Source: Oligoflexales bacterium | Lineage (GTDB): Bacteria > Bdellovibrionota_B > Oligoflexia > Oligoflexales > Bog-1112 | Direction of reading: 5' to 3' | Length of the DNA stretch: 53,566 bases | Assembly (NCBI GenBank): GCA_045106415.1 | Contig: JBGCEP010000051.1 | Span: forward strand, 1-53,566 | In this document: in pieces, positions 38,857 through 47,408 of the stretch | Layout of the letters: each line of letters begins with the position of its first letter | Position numbering within the stretch: position 1 is the stretch's first letter | Made by a program: the position numbers and the translations under genes | The notes under the pieces: generated by a model | The model's database searches: none | Told to the model about the DNA's origin: nothing | Seen by the model: only the letters and a program-made list of their open reading frames with translations

Positions 38857-39244
38857 CTGTTATGTTGAGACCGTTAAAGGAAAAAAACCAGCTGTACGCT
38901 GTGTCTTTTTTGATGAAAAGTTAGTGGTTGTAACCATGTGTGATGGAGAGGTCTGTAAGGTCGCGAAGGATAAAGTGAGGCCAGCACGTTTTACATGCCC
39001 TCGCTCTCAGAAAAAACAAGTCATACATGGAGTTTTTCGTTTAGAAACAGCAGAGGCTTTTCTGTTAACGGAAGAAGAAACAAAATACACTATGAAACAG
39101 ACGGCGAAGAAAAATATTTATGCACTCGAAGGTGCTTCTCAGGAATGGCTTTTTGATACAGGGGGTTTAGAAGCTTACCGAGCTGATGATCCTCAGGTAC
39201 GGTTGTCTGTGAAAAGTTTAGAGAAAATTAGATTCTGCCCTTAA
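38783..39244 (+). CDS. Secreted hypothetical protein
   Basis: ATG at 38783 with AAGGA RBS gives signal-like MNPYIITMLQTLIFWTVSVSA, followed by a Cys-rich mature part. Start uncertain. Confidence 0.55.
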   Translation: MNPYIITMLQTLIFWTVSVSAVSNNCYVETVKGKKPAVRCVFFDEKLVVVTMCDGEVCKVAKDKVRPARFTCPRSQKKQVIHGVFRLETAEAFLLTEEETKYTMKQTAKKNIYALEGASQEWLFDTGGLEAYRADDPQVRLSVKSLEKIRFCP

Positions 39245-39301
39245 GTTCATTTAATACTGAGCTTTCGCTGTTTGATGTGGTGAAGTGTTGTGTTATTTAT
39301 C

Positions 39302-39330
39302 TTGACGTAATCATACATTAACCACAGAAT
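39302..39330 (+). promoter_or_regulatory. sigma70-type promoter of ferredoxin-nth
   Basis: TTGACG-N17-CAGAAT. Confidence 0.45.
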
Positions 39331-39373
39331 GTGGCGGTGTTGATACTTTGTTCTGTTTTGACAAGGATAAAAA

Positions 39374-39655
39374 ATGGCTAAGGTCACAATTACAACAGAT
39401 AAAAAAACAGTAGAGATTCCAGATGGTTCTGCCATGATCGATATGTGTGAAGATCATGACACCTCGATTTTATTTGGGTGTAGAGATGGAGCTTGTGGAG
39501 CTTGTATGATCAAAGTCCTGGATGGTGCTGAGCATATTAGCCCTATGGAAGACGATGAAAAAGACTTTCTAGAAACGATGGCTGCAGAAGAAAATGAGCG
39601 ACTTGCTTGTCAGTGCCGTGTTTCAGGAGACATTCGTGTCGAAGTTTCCGAATAA
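39374..39655 (+). CDS. fdx: 2Fe-2S ferredoxin
   Basis: FGCRDGACGACMI...ERLACQC. Confidence 0.92.
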   Translation: MAKVTITTDKKTVEIPDGSAMIDMCEDHDTSILFGCRDGACGACMIKVLDGAEHISPMEDDEKDFLETMAAEENERLACQCRVSGDIRVEVSE

Positions 39656-39674
39656 TTTTTGTGAAACACCTGTT

Positions 39675-40310
39675 GTGACACCGAGAGCCCGGAAAAAAAT
39701 TTTAAAGGAAGCTCTTACTGTTTGGGCGGAGCAGATGCCTGACGCGAAGTGTGAACTTTATCATGAAACTCCTTATCAGCTCTTGGTGTCCGTGGTCTTA
39801 TCTGCTCAAGCTACAGATAAATCTGTGAACCAGGCTATGGAGCCTTTGTATTATGAGGGCTTTACTCCTCAAGATGTACTGGAAATGGGTCAAGTGCGTT
39901 TTTTGGATAAGATTAAGACAATTGGTTTAGCGCCCACAAAGTCTAAGAATGTCTTGAAATTAACAAAAATTCTTGTAGACCGCTTCCGAGGTGAAGTGCC
40001 AAGAACTCGCAAAGACCTTGAAGCTCTTCCTGGTGTAGGGCGTAAAACTGCGAATGTTGTTTTAGGTGAGGTTTTTGGGGAACCAACTCTTGCTGTTGAT
40101 ACTCACGTTTTCCGAGTGAGTCGTCGCCTTGGGCTGCATGAAGAGCTTAAACCAGAAAAATGTGAACAGGTCCTTTTACAACAATTGAAAAATTCCGACC
40201 TTCCAAAAGCTCATCATTGGTTTATTCTGCATGGCCGCTATACATGTAAAGCGCGAAAACCAATGTGTGAGGAGTGCCCTTTGAATCATATCTGTCCAGC
40301 TTATTGCTAA
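39675..40310 (+). CDS. nth: Endonuclease III (HhH-GPD DNA glycosylase/AP lyase)
   Basis: LLVSVVLSAQATDKSVN, LPGVGRKTANVV, AVDTHVFRV, CKARKPMCEECPLNHIC. GTG at 39675 is the likely start. Confidence 0.95.
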   Translation: MTPRARKKILKEALTVWAEQMPDAKCELYHETPYQLLVSVVLSAQATDKSVNQAMEPLYYEGFTPQDVLEMGQVRFLDKIKTIGLAPTKSKNVLKLTKILVDRFRGEVPRTRKDLEALPGVGRKTANVVLGEVFGEPTLAVDTHVFRVSRRLGLHEELKPEKCEQVLLQQLKNSDLPKAHHWFILHGRYTCKARKPMCEECPLNHICPAYC

Positions 40311-40927
40311 TCGGTGATTTTGATCTTCCAGGGCCCCTGTGGTTGTGTAAGTAAGTTGATTCCAAGGATTCTTAGCGCTTTTAGAAGTCTAAGTATAGGG
40401 AGCCCCATCACGGTGGTTTGATCTCCGATGGATTCGAATAAATGAGCCCCAAGCCCTTCAATACGGTAGCATCCGACGCACCCTTCCCATTCTTGGGTTG
40501 TTAGGTATGTTTCTTGCTCTTCTTGGTTCAAGTTTCGCATTGACATGGTTGCTGAAGCTAAATCATGTGAAACGATGTGACCCTGATAAGCAAGAGCAAA
40601 GGCGCTGTGGAGAGTGTGATCTTGTCCGTTGAGACGCTTTAAGATGGATCTTGCTTCGCCTTCGTTACGAGCTTTTGTGAGAAGTTGGCCGTTGACCTCA
40701 GCCGTTTGGTCAGCACCTAAGATGAGAGCTTGTGGGTGGTCTCCGCTAATGCTGAGTGCTTTAGCTTGAGCTCGTTTGTGAGCTAATAATGTCGGTGTGT
40801 TTGCTAAAATTGTTGCTTCTTTTATGCCTGATGATGAGCAGTGATGCGGAATATGGTATTGGTTCATGAGCGAACGTCTAGCGCTGGATGTTGAAGCAAG
40901 CTGGATGTAATTAATTGTATGTTTCAT
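40307..40927 (-). CDS. maf: Maf-family nucleoside triphosphate pyrophosphatase
   Basis: LASTSSARR, ILGADQ, VGCYRIEG, VMGLP. ATG at 40927 with GGGGG RBS. Confidence 0.9.
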   Translation of the reverse strand: MKHTINYIQLASTSSARRSLMNQYHIPHHCSSSGIKEATILANTPTLLAHKRAQAKALSISGDHPQALILGADQTAEVNGQLLTKARNEGEARSILKRLNGQDHTLHSAFALAYQGHIVSHDLASATMSMRNLNQEEQETYLTTQEWEGCVGCYRIEGLGAHLFESIGDQTTVMGLPILRLLKALRILGINLLTQPQGPWKIKITD

Positions 40928-41038
40928 GGAAACCCCCTTGGTTTTGCTATCTGGGAAATAGTGGATTTTCTTGCTTATGAACCAAGGAAAGTTTATAACG
41001 ACCTCGATACTTTGACGCGGCTTCACAATAAGTAAAAA

Positions 41039-42238
41039 GTGAACCCAAAACACCCAAAAGACCTAACACATATGACTAGATTTGAACAAGCGCTTGATAC
41101 GAAGACCACATGCAGAACAGCTAGGCTGTATGACGTTTCTCCAGAAAGAGTTGTTGACTGGCGTTGGCAGATGAAAAATCAGGCGCGAGGTATTCATGAC
41201 TTGCGTGGGATTCTGCTTACCCATGAAGAAACAGAGGGTTTAGAAAAACTGAATGACATTTTTCAGTTTGGTGTAACTCCTTATTATGCAAGCTTGATTC
41301 AAGGGGGTGACTGCCCGATTCGGATCCAAGCTTTGGCCTCGATTCACGAAAAAGAAGATAGTATGGGGGTTCCTGACCCCCTGGATGAGAAAGCTCATTC
41401 GCCTGTGCGAGAAGTCGTGCATGTTTATCCAGATCGAGTTGCTTTTTGTGTGGCTTCTCTTTGTCCTGTGTACTGCCGCTACTGCTTTAGGAAGCGACGT
41501 GATGATGAAGTCGGGCTTCACTTTAACCGTGATATTGTTGAGCGAGGTATTGAGTATATTGCGTCAAAGCCATCGATTCGTGATGTCTTAATTACGGGTG
41601 GTGACCCATTTTTAGCGAGTGATCAAGCGATTGATCAGTTGTTAGCTAAAATTAGCGCAATTCCTCACGTGGAGTGTATTCGTTTTGGAACAAGAACTCC
41701 TGTGACTCTTCCTTATAGGGTGACCCCAGAGTTGTGTGAGATTTTAGCAAAATATCACCCCGTGTGGGTGAATACTCACTTTAACTGTGCAGAGGAAGTG
41801 ACGCCTGAAGCACAAATAGCAATTCAAAATCTGGTGAGTCATGGAGTCCCTGTTGGAAACCAGGCGGTTTTACTGCGTGGTGTCAATGACTCGAATGAAA
41901 AAATGATGGACTTATGCCGAACTTTAATTCGTAATCGAGTGCGTCCTTATTATGTTTTTCATCCTCATCTCGTAGCAGGGACAGAACATCTGCGTTTGTC
42001 TGTTAAGAGAGGTTTGGAAATTATGAAATCGTTAAGAGGTAATCTTTCCGGCTATGGGATTCCAACTTATGCTTTGGATACGCCCTCGGGAAAAGTACCT
42101 CTTATGCATCAGCATATTCTTGGGGAAGATGGCCCAGACTTGATTCTTGAGGATTTGCGAGGAGAGATTTGGCGTGAAAAGAACGCTCTTGTTGAACCAC
42201 AGATTAGAGCTTCTACGGCGTGTGATAACCTCGATTGA
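41039..42238 (+). CDS. KamA-family radical SAM/PLP aminomutase (lysine 2,3-aminomutase-like)
   Basis: DWRWQ, TPYY, DPLDE, HVYPDR, CPVYCRYCFRKR, LITGGDP, RFGTR, NQAVLLRGVND, YALDTPSGK. Possible start ATG at 41072. Confidence 0.9.
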   Translation: MNPKHPKDLTHMTRFEQALDTKTTCRTARLYDVSPERVVDWRWQMKNQARGIHDLRGILLTHEETEGLEKLNDIFQFGVTPYYASLIQGGDCPIRIQALASIHEKEDSMGVPDPLDEKAHSPVREVVHVYPDRVAFCVASLCPVYCRYCFRKRRDDEVGLHFNRDIVERGIEYIASKPSIRDVLITGGDPFLASDQAIDQLLAKISAIPHVECIRFGTRTPVTLPYRVTPELCEILAKYHPVWVNTHFNCAEEVTPEAQIAIQNLVSHGVPVGNQAVLLRGVNDSNEKMMDLCRTLIRNRVRPYYVFHPHLVAGTEHLRLSVKRGLEIMKSLRGNLSGYGIPTYALDTPSGKVPLMHQHILGEDGPDLILEDLRGEIWREKNALVEPQIRASTACDNLD

Positions 42239-42533
42239 TGCGCAGATCATTCTTTTGATTGAACGGCGCATGAAGGTTGCTGAGCGTATAGGGCGTGAAA
42301 AAACAACGTTAGGTCTCCCTATTCAAGATTTAGAGACGGAACGAAAAGTGCGTTCTCATATGAAGCAACTCGATCATTCTTTGAAAATAGAAGGATGCGG
42401 TGATGATTTAGCTGATTTTTTAATGAATTGTGCTAAAAAAATACAAATAGATCGAAGGCAAAGGTTGGATAATTTTCCCAAACCAGATGAAAAATTTATG
42501 CCAACGAAGCCAAAGTCATGTGATTTTTCTTAA
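42192..42533 (+). CDS. Chorismate mutase type II (AroQ)-like protein
   Basis: LELLRRVITSIDAQIILLIERRMKVAERIGREK..LPIQDLETE. The start must overlap the kamA-like 3' end. Confidence 0.75.
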   Translation: MNHRLELLRRVITSIDAQIILLIERRMKVAERIGREKTTLGLPIQDLETERKVRSHMKQLDHSLKIEGCGDDLADFLMNCAKKIQIDRRQRLDNFPKPDEKFMPTKPKSCDFS

Positions 42534-42601
42534 AAACTCAGAGCTTATGGGCTGTGATGTTAGAGTTTTCTAAAAAAGTCGTTTGTGTTGTCTGTTTTTT
42601 C

Positions 42602-43333
42602 TTATGTATGAGGTTGTTTTTGAAGGTTTTTCTTAAGAGACGAGTCTTGTTCTTGATAAGTCTCTTCAGAGCAGTGTGTGTCTCTTCTTTTTTCCAGCTC
42701 ATCACGGACAAGGTCTGCGGTTGGAAACTGATTTAAAAAATCATCGACAGATTGCAGCTCGAATTTTGCATGAATTTTTTTAAAAAACCGAGGATATTTT
42801 TGACCTGGAGCAAATACATGATGAAGTCCTTTTGAGTAAACTATCACCATATTTTGTCCTTTATACCTTTCCAAAAGCTCAAAAACACCTTTGCGCACTG
42901 TCATTGGGTTTCCAAATTGGTCAAAACCAGTTGTTCTTTTCATGCGCCCTTCCGGCATAAAAATACAAATATCATAAGGCTTGATCTGAGAGAGGAAATC
43001 TTTCCAGCTTTGATCTCTTTTTCGTGTAAGAGCTATAAGCTTTGGCGCGAGAAGGCGGAAGCATAAACCGCTTATTGGGTGGCGGAGGGTTTTATCGGCG
43101 ACAGGAAGGATCAGGCGTTTTGAGACCTCCCACAGGTAATTGAATGGAAGGCACATAGAGTAGATGAATTCAAATAGGCTGGTGTGATTTAAAATGAGAA
43201 TGACGGATACGTCATTCCAGCTTTTTGGAGGAGGAGAAATCCATTCTTGTTGAAACGAATAGAGGTACGTACTCATTATTTTAACAAGGGAAAGCATGAT
43301 GAACCTAAATGCATTTAAAGTAGAGTGGATCAT
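42602..43333 (-). CDS. PlsC-family (lysophospholipid) acyltransferase
   Basis: LNHTSLFE (NHxS block with Glu in place of the usual Asp) and FMPEGRM. Confidence 0.8.
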   Translation of the reverse strand: MIHSTLNAFRFIMLSLVKIMSTYLYSFQQEWISPPPKSWNDVSVILILNHTSLFEFIYSMCLPFNYLWEVSKRLILPVADKTLRHPISGLCFRLLAPKLIALTRKRDQSWKDFLSQIKPYDICIFMPEGRMKRTTGFDQFGNPMTVRKGVFELLERYKGQNMVIVYSKGLHHVFAPGQKYPRFFKKIHAKFELQSVDDFLNQFPTADLVRDELEKRRDTHCSEETYQEQDSSLKKNLQKQPHT

Positions 43334-43531
43334 GGATTGCCTTCCTAGGGTGTGTATGAGCCATTATTACTCTATTGTAGCGAAAGATGATGAGATCAAG
43401 AAATCGAAGGCTTTTGTAGGGTAAGACGTTTTAAATGTCTTGAAATATGAGGGAGCTCTATGCTTCGTGTTTGAAAGACCGATAAAATAATGCTACTGCT
43501 AGGTGCAGACTTACAATGTTTGTAAAATTTT

Positions 43532-44653
43532 TTAGTGATGAATACTGATGTTTCTTGATGATGTTATATCTGTGATGCTTTTTAGGCTTTGTGGTGTCAA
43601 GGGATTTCCGTGTAAATGAACAGTTTTTAAGTGAAGAAGTACGTTTAAAAACTGCAGGTGATGAATCTTATTGTTCTCGATGTATAGATGTTTTAAACGA
43701 GATAGAGATTCGAGAGGTTCTGAGTTGCTTATTTTATTCTGATTTAAATCCAGAGTCGTGAAGTGTGGCCAACCGTGCTTCGGTGTGATAAGTGGTTTTA
43801 AGTGTTCGATATTGTTGTGAGAAAGATAAAGTCCCTCTATATTTTGAAGTTCGATGGCCCAATCTATAGTGGTGATGAGGTTGTGTTGGAGTGAGAGCTT
43901 CTGCAGTTGATAGAGTTGAGATAAAGGGGTCGCGTCTTCAATCTGGTTATAAGAGAGATTCAGGTCTTTAAGCTTGTTGAGCTCTTTGATGGCTTCAAGG
44001 TCTTTAATTTGATGTCCACTTAAGTCGAGTTTTTCCGTAGAGTAAGACAGAATACGGATCGGCTCAAGATCGATGATCGGACTGTAGTGATCATTGCCAG
44101 AAATGCGAGATAAGTGCTCCATGGAGAGTGTTATTGTTGTTGAGCGGGCAAGCTGATTTGCTGCGTTGACGCAGTCTTTTTCGTCCGGATTTTGTCCTAT
44201 GGTCCACAAAAGAGAGTTTATTGTGTGTTGGATGCCTATAGGTGCTTTTGTGTCGAGGCACCAGGCTAGAAAGTCTTTAGGAATACATTGATGGTCTTTC
44301 CATTGATATTGATAACCAGAAGATAAACACCGTTCCTGGCTTGTGGGTTCAGGGTGTTTGCAGTAAGCAGGCTGTTGTTCGGTGGCTGGTATGAAAACAC
44401 CTTGAGACGTTGTTGCGCATTCTGTGGCGATCGCTTCGTCGATGGTCAGGCATTTTTCCCATCTCCATATGTTCCCTTCTTTTATGCAGTTTTCTTGTGC
44501 TGAAAGAGGTGTGAAAGGTGTATTTTCTTCAGCGGGTGGTGTGTTGGTTTGATTTGAAGAATTGTCTTTTGGGGTGTGAAGGTCTTTGCGGTCACGACCG
44601 GTGCAGTTTATGGTCGCTTGAAGTACTATCAAAAAACAGAGAGCTAATTTCAT
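43532..44653 (-). CDS. Leucine-rich-repeat lipoprotein with Cys-rich N-terminal modules
   Basis: Signal/lipobox ending INC; three short C..G..W..C-like modules; 22-aa LRRs. Confidence 0.88.
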   Translation of the reverse strand: MKLALCFLIVLQATINCTGRDRKDLHTPKDNSSNQTNTPPAEENTPFTPLSAQENCIKEGNIWRWEKCLTIDEAIATECATTSQGVFIPATEQQPAYCKHPEPTSQERCLSSGYQYQWKDHQCIPKDFLAWCLDTKAPIGIQHTINSLLWTIGQNPDEKDCVNAANQLARSTTITLSMEHLSRISGNDHYSPIIDLEPIRILSYSTEKLDLSGHQIKDLEAIKELNKLKDLNLSYNQIEDATPLSQLYQLQKLSLQHNLITTIDWAIELQNIEGLYLSHNNIEHLKPLITPKHGWPHFTTLDLNQNKISNSEPLESLSRLKHLYIENNKIHHLQFLNVLLHLKTVHLHGNPLTPQSLKSITDITSSRNISIHH

Positions 44654-44676
44654 AAAGATTTTCTCACATTTTGTTT

Positions 44677-45759
44677 TTATTCCGCTCTACTTATGTTTTC
44701 AAGAGAGGGAGAAGGCCGTTGTGTGAAGCTCGCTGAATTCTCATTTTCTTGGAGAGAGCTGGTTTTTTGGTTTCTTTCAGCTATTTTTTTATCGATTTCT
44801 TTTTTCATGGCTTGGCATGAGTCCCAGACAGTATCTGCTGTTAAGTCAGATAAGAGTTCTCTGTCTTTTGCGATCGGGCCAACTTGTAAGGCTTGATGTT
44901 CTGGTTTATTTGGGGGATTCCATGCAATAGCATGTGTTGGCCCATGAAGTTGAAAGGAAGGAGTCTTTGCTGCGATGGCAAGATGGCTTGGTCCGTTGCT
45001 TGGGCCCATAAAAAAATCGCAATGAGCCAGAAGGCTTGTGAGCTCTTGAATATTCATTTTAGGAAGAAGCGTTGTTTTAGGTGTGTTTCTATAAAGTCTA
45101 AGTGCGTATTCGTACTCGCCAGGGCCCCATGCCCACAGGATGTGAGCGTTCCACTCTTTTTGTAATTTTTGAGCAAGGGCAACAAACTGCTCTTCTGGCC
45201 AGCGGCGTTCTTTTTTTCTGCTTGCAGGACTCATGAGAATTCGAGGTTGCTCTGACTTTTGATCGAGGTGCTTTAAGAGGTGATTCAGAACTGCAGAAGA
45301 TTTTATAAAAGGCTGAAATAATGAAAAATCTTGTGAAGTCTGAAAACCTGCAGCGGCGAGCAAAGTGTTTTTTTCTTCAACAATATACTGGCCTGTTTGT
45401 CTTTTGACAACAGTATGGAAAGCCCATCTTCTTCGAGTTTCCCATGAAATACGCTGCGGAGATCTGGTGCAGAGGCTGAAGAATGCACTTTTAGGGTTTC
45501 CCATACAATCGATGACAATGTCGTATTGGGCCTGTTTTAATGTTTTGATAAGAGAGTATTGGGTTCGTAGATTGTCTTGGTCGCTGTAAGTAAGTAATTC
45601 ATCAAAAGGCAACGTTTTTTGATCTGAGAAATATTTATACCCCATAGCGTGGCATAAAAAGGTGACATGAGCCCCTTGATTTTTGAGGCTTCTAAGAATG
45701 GGTGTTGTCAGGAGAATATCCCCTAACTGACGAAGTTGAATAACAAGAACGCGTTTCAC
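44677..45759 (-). CDS. Glycosyltransferase family 9 (LPS heptosyltransferase-like)
   Basis: VLVIQLRQLGDILLTTP, RRWP, WGPGE, SNGPSHLAIA, LHGPT. Confidence 0.9.
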   Translation of the reverse strand: MKRVLVIQLRQLGDILLTTPILRSLKNQGAHVTFLCHAMGYKYFSDQKTLPFDELLTYSDQDNLRTQYSLIKTLKQAQYDIVIDCMGNPKSAFFSLCTRSPQRISWETRRRWAFHTVVKRQTGQYIVEEKNTLLAAAGFQTSQDFSLFQPFIKSSAVLNHLLKHLDQKSEQPRILMSPASRKKERRWPEEQFVALAQKLQKEWNAHILWAWGPGEYEYALRLYRNTPKTTLLPKMNIQELTSLLAHCDFFMGPSNGPSHLAIAAKTPSFQLHGPTHAIAWNPPNKPEHQALQVGPIAKDRELLSDLTADTVWDSCQAMKKEIDKKIAERNQKTSSLQENENSASFTQRPSPSLENISRAE

Positions 45760-45768
45760 ACGAAATCC

Positions 45769-47304
45769 TTAGAGCTCAAATCGGATACCTTGCGCTAAAG
45801 GAAGGGTTTTTCCGTAATTAATAGTGTTTGTTTGGCGGCGCATATAACCTTTCCAGGCATCAGACCCTGATTCTCGTCCACCACCTGTTTCTTTTTCGCC
45901 ACCAAAAGCTCCACCAATTTCAGCGCCCGATGTTCCTATGTTAACGTTGGCAATTCCGCAGTCTGAACCTTGATTACTTAAGAAAGCCTCTGCTTCTTGC
46001 AGTTGATTGGTGAAAATTGCAGATGAAAGCCCTTGTTTCACATCGTTTTGAATGTGAATAGCATTTTCAATAGGCCCTGAGTAACGTATCAAGTAGAGAA
46101 TGGGTGCAAACGTCTCTTCTTGAACAATTGGAAACTCTGGCTCTGCAGCCACGAGAGCTGGGCGTACATAGCATCCTGATGAATAATTAGGGCCGTCTAA
46201 GACCTCGCCACCATAAAGAATGTTTCCGCCTTGTTCTTTGCATTGAACCAGTGCGGACTGCATGTCTTCCACGGCGATTTTATCTATTAACGGGCCTACG
46301 TGGTTTTTTTCATCGAGAGGAGAACCAATTTTGATGTTTTTCCATGCTTTTAGCAGAGAGTTTGAGACTGTGTCATAAATAGAGTCGTGAATAATGACTC
46401 GTCTTGTTGATGTGCAACGTTGACCAGCTGTCCCGACAGCGCCAAAAAGAATCGCTGGGATGCTGAGTTCTAGATTAGCGTCAGGGGTGACAATAATAGC
46501 GTTGTTTCCACCAAGTTCAAGAATACTCCGACCTAAGCGAGCTCCGACAATACCGCCGATCTTTTTTCCCATAGGGGTAGAGCCTGTAGCGGAGACAAGG
46601 GAGATACGCTCATCATGAGCAATGGCATCCCCAATGACAGAACCTCGGCCGATGACAAGATTCATGACACCTTCTGGGATGTTTTCTTTTTCAAAAACAC
46701 TTTGTACAATTTTCATACAGGCTACAGCTGTAAGGGGAGTTTTGGAGGAAGGTTTCCAAACACTAACATTTCCACACACAGCTGCGATCATTGCGTTCCA
46801 TGACCAAACAGCAACAGGGAAATTAAAGGCAGAAATAATGCCAACGACTCCCATTGGGTGCCACTGTTCATACATTCTGTGCTCAGGCCTTTCAGAGTGC
46901 ATTGTCAGCCCATGGAGCTGTCTAGAAAGCCCGACAGCAAAGTCACATATGTCAATCATTTCTTGGACTTCACCTAAACCTTCTTGTAATGATTTTCCCA
47001 TTTCCATAGAGACCAGGGCGCCAAGATGTTCTTTATTGCTGCGAAGAGCGTTGCCTATTTGGCGAACGATTTCCCCTCGACGAGGTGCAGGTTGGGATTG
47101 CCACCAGAGTTGTGTTGTTTTCGCTTGGTCAATGACGTGATTGTACTCTTCTAGGTTTGCTTGTCCGACAGAGCCTAAAATAGAACCGTCAATAGGTGAT
47201 GTAGATTCAATTGCATGATCATCTATGGAGCCGCTCGTCTGACAACCTGTGAATATAGGAGGATTCTTCAGTTGTAAGCCTAGAGCTTCTATAGGAGTTG
47301 TCAT
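45769..47304 (-). CDS. Aldehyde dehydrogenase family 7 (alpha-aminoadipate semialdehyde/P6C dehydrogenase)
   Basis: PAPRRGEIVRQ, GEVQEMIDICDFAVGLSRQ, SAFNFPVAV, LELGGNN, GTAGQRCT, SGAEIGGAFGGEKETGGGRESGSD. Confidence 0.93.
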   Translation of the reverse strand: MTTPIEALGLQLKNPPIFTGCQTSGSIDDHAIESTSPIDGSILGSVGQANLEEYNHVIDQAKTTQLWWQSQPAPRRGEIVRQIGNALRSNKEHLGALVSMEMGKSLQEGLGEVQEMIDICDFAVGLSRQLHGLTMHSERPEHRMYEQWHPMGVVGIISAFNFPVAVWSWNAMIAAVCGNVSVWKPSSKTPLTAVACMKIVQSVFEKENIPEGVMNLVIGRGSVIGDAIAHDERISLVSATGSTPMGKKIGGIVGARLGRSILELGGNNAIIVTPDANLELSIPAILFGAVGTAGQRCTSTRRVIIHDSIYDTVSNSLLKAWKNIKIGSPLDEKNHVGPLIDKIAVEDMQSALVQCKEQGGNILYGGEVLDGPNYSSGCYVRPALVAAEPEFPIVQEETFAPILYLIRYSGPIENAIHIQNDVKQGLSSAIFTNQLQEAEAFLSNQGSDCGIANVNIGTSGAEIGGAFGGEKETGGGRESGSDAWKGYMRRQTNTINYGKTLPLAQGIRFEL

Positions 47305-47408
47305 AACAACCTCATCAAGTGCAAGTATTTAAATGGTGATAGACACGTTGAAAAAAATAGCGCGTTTTTTTAATGGATGCAATGAGATCTTTTTAGGTGT
47401 TGTGAAAA

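Noticed and set aside
39594..39674. Apparent N-terminal extensions of nth, parE, maf and lepB in the ORF track
   Set aside because: They overlap neighbouring genes or promoters; downstream starts, mostly with an RBS, fit the family lengths better.
43458..43485. sigma28-like CTATG-N15-ACCGATAA on the + strand
   Set aside because: No sense gene downstream; it points antisense into the LRR gene and the -35 match is weak.
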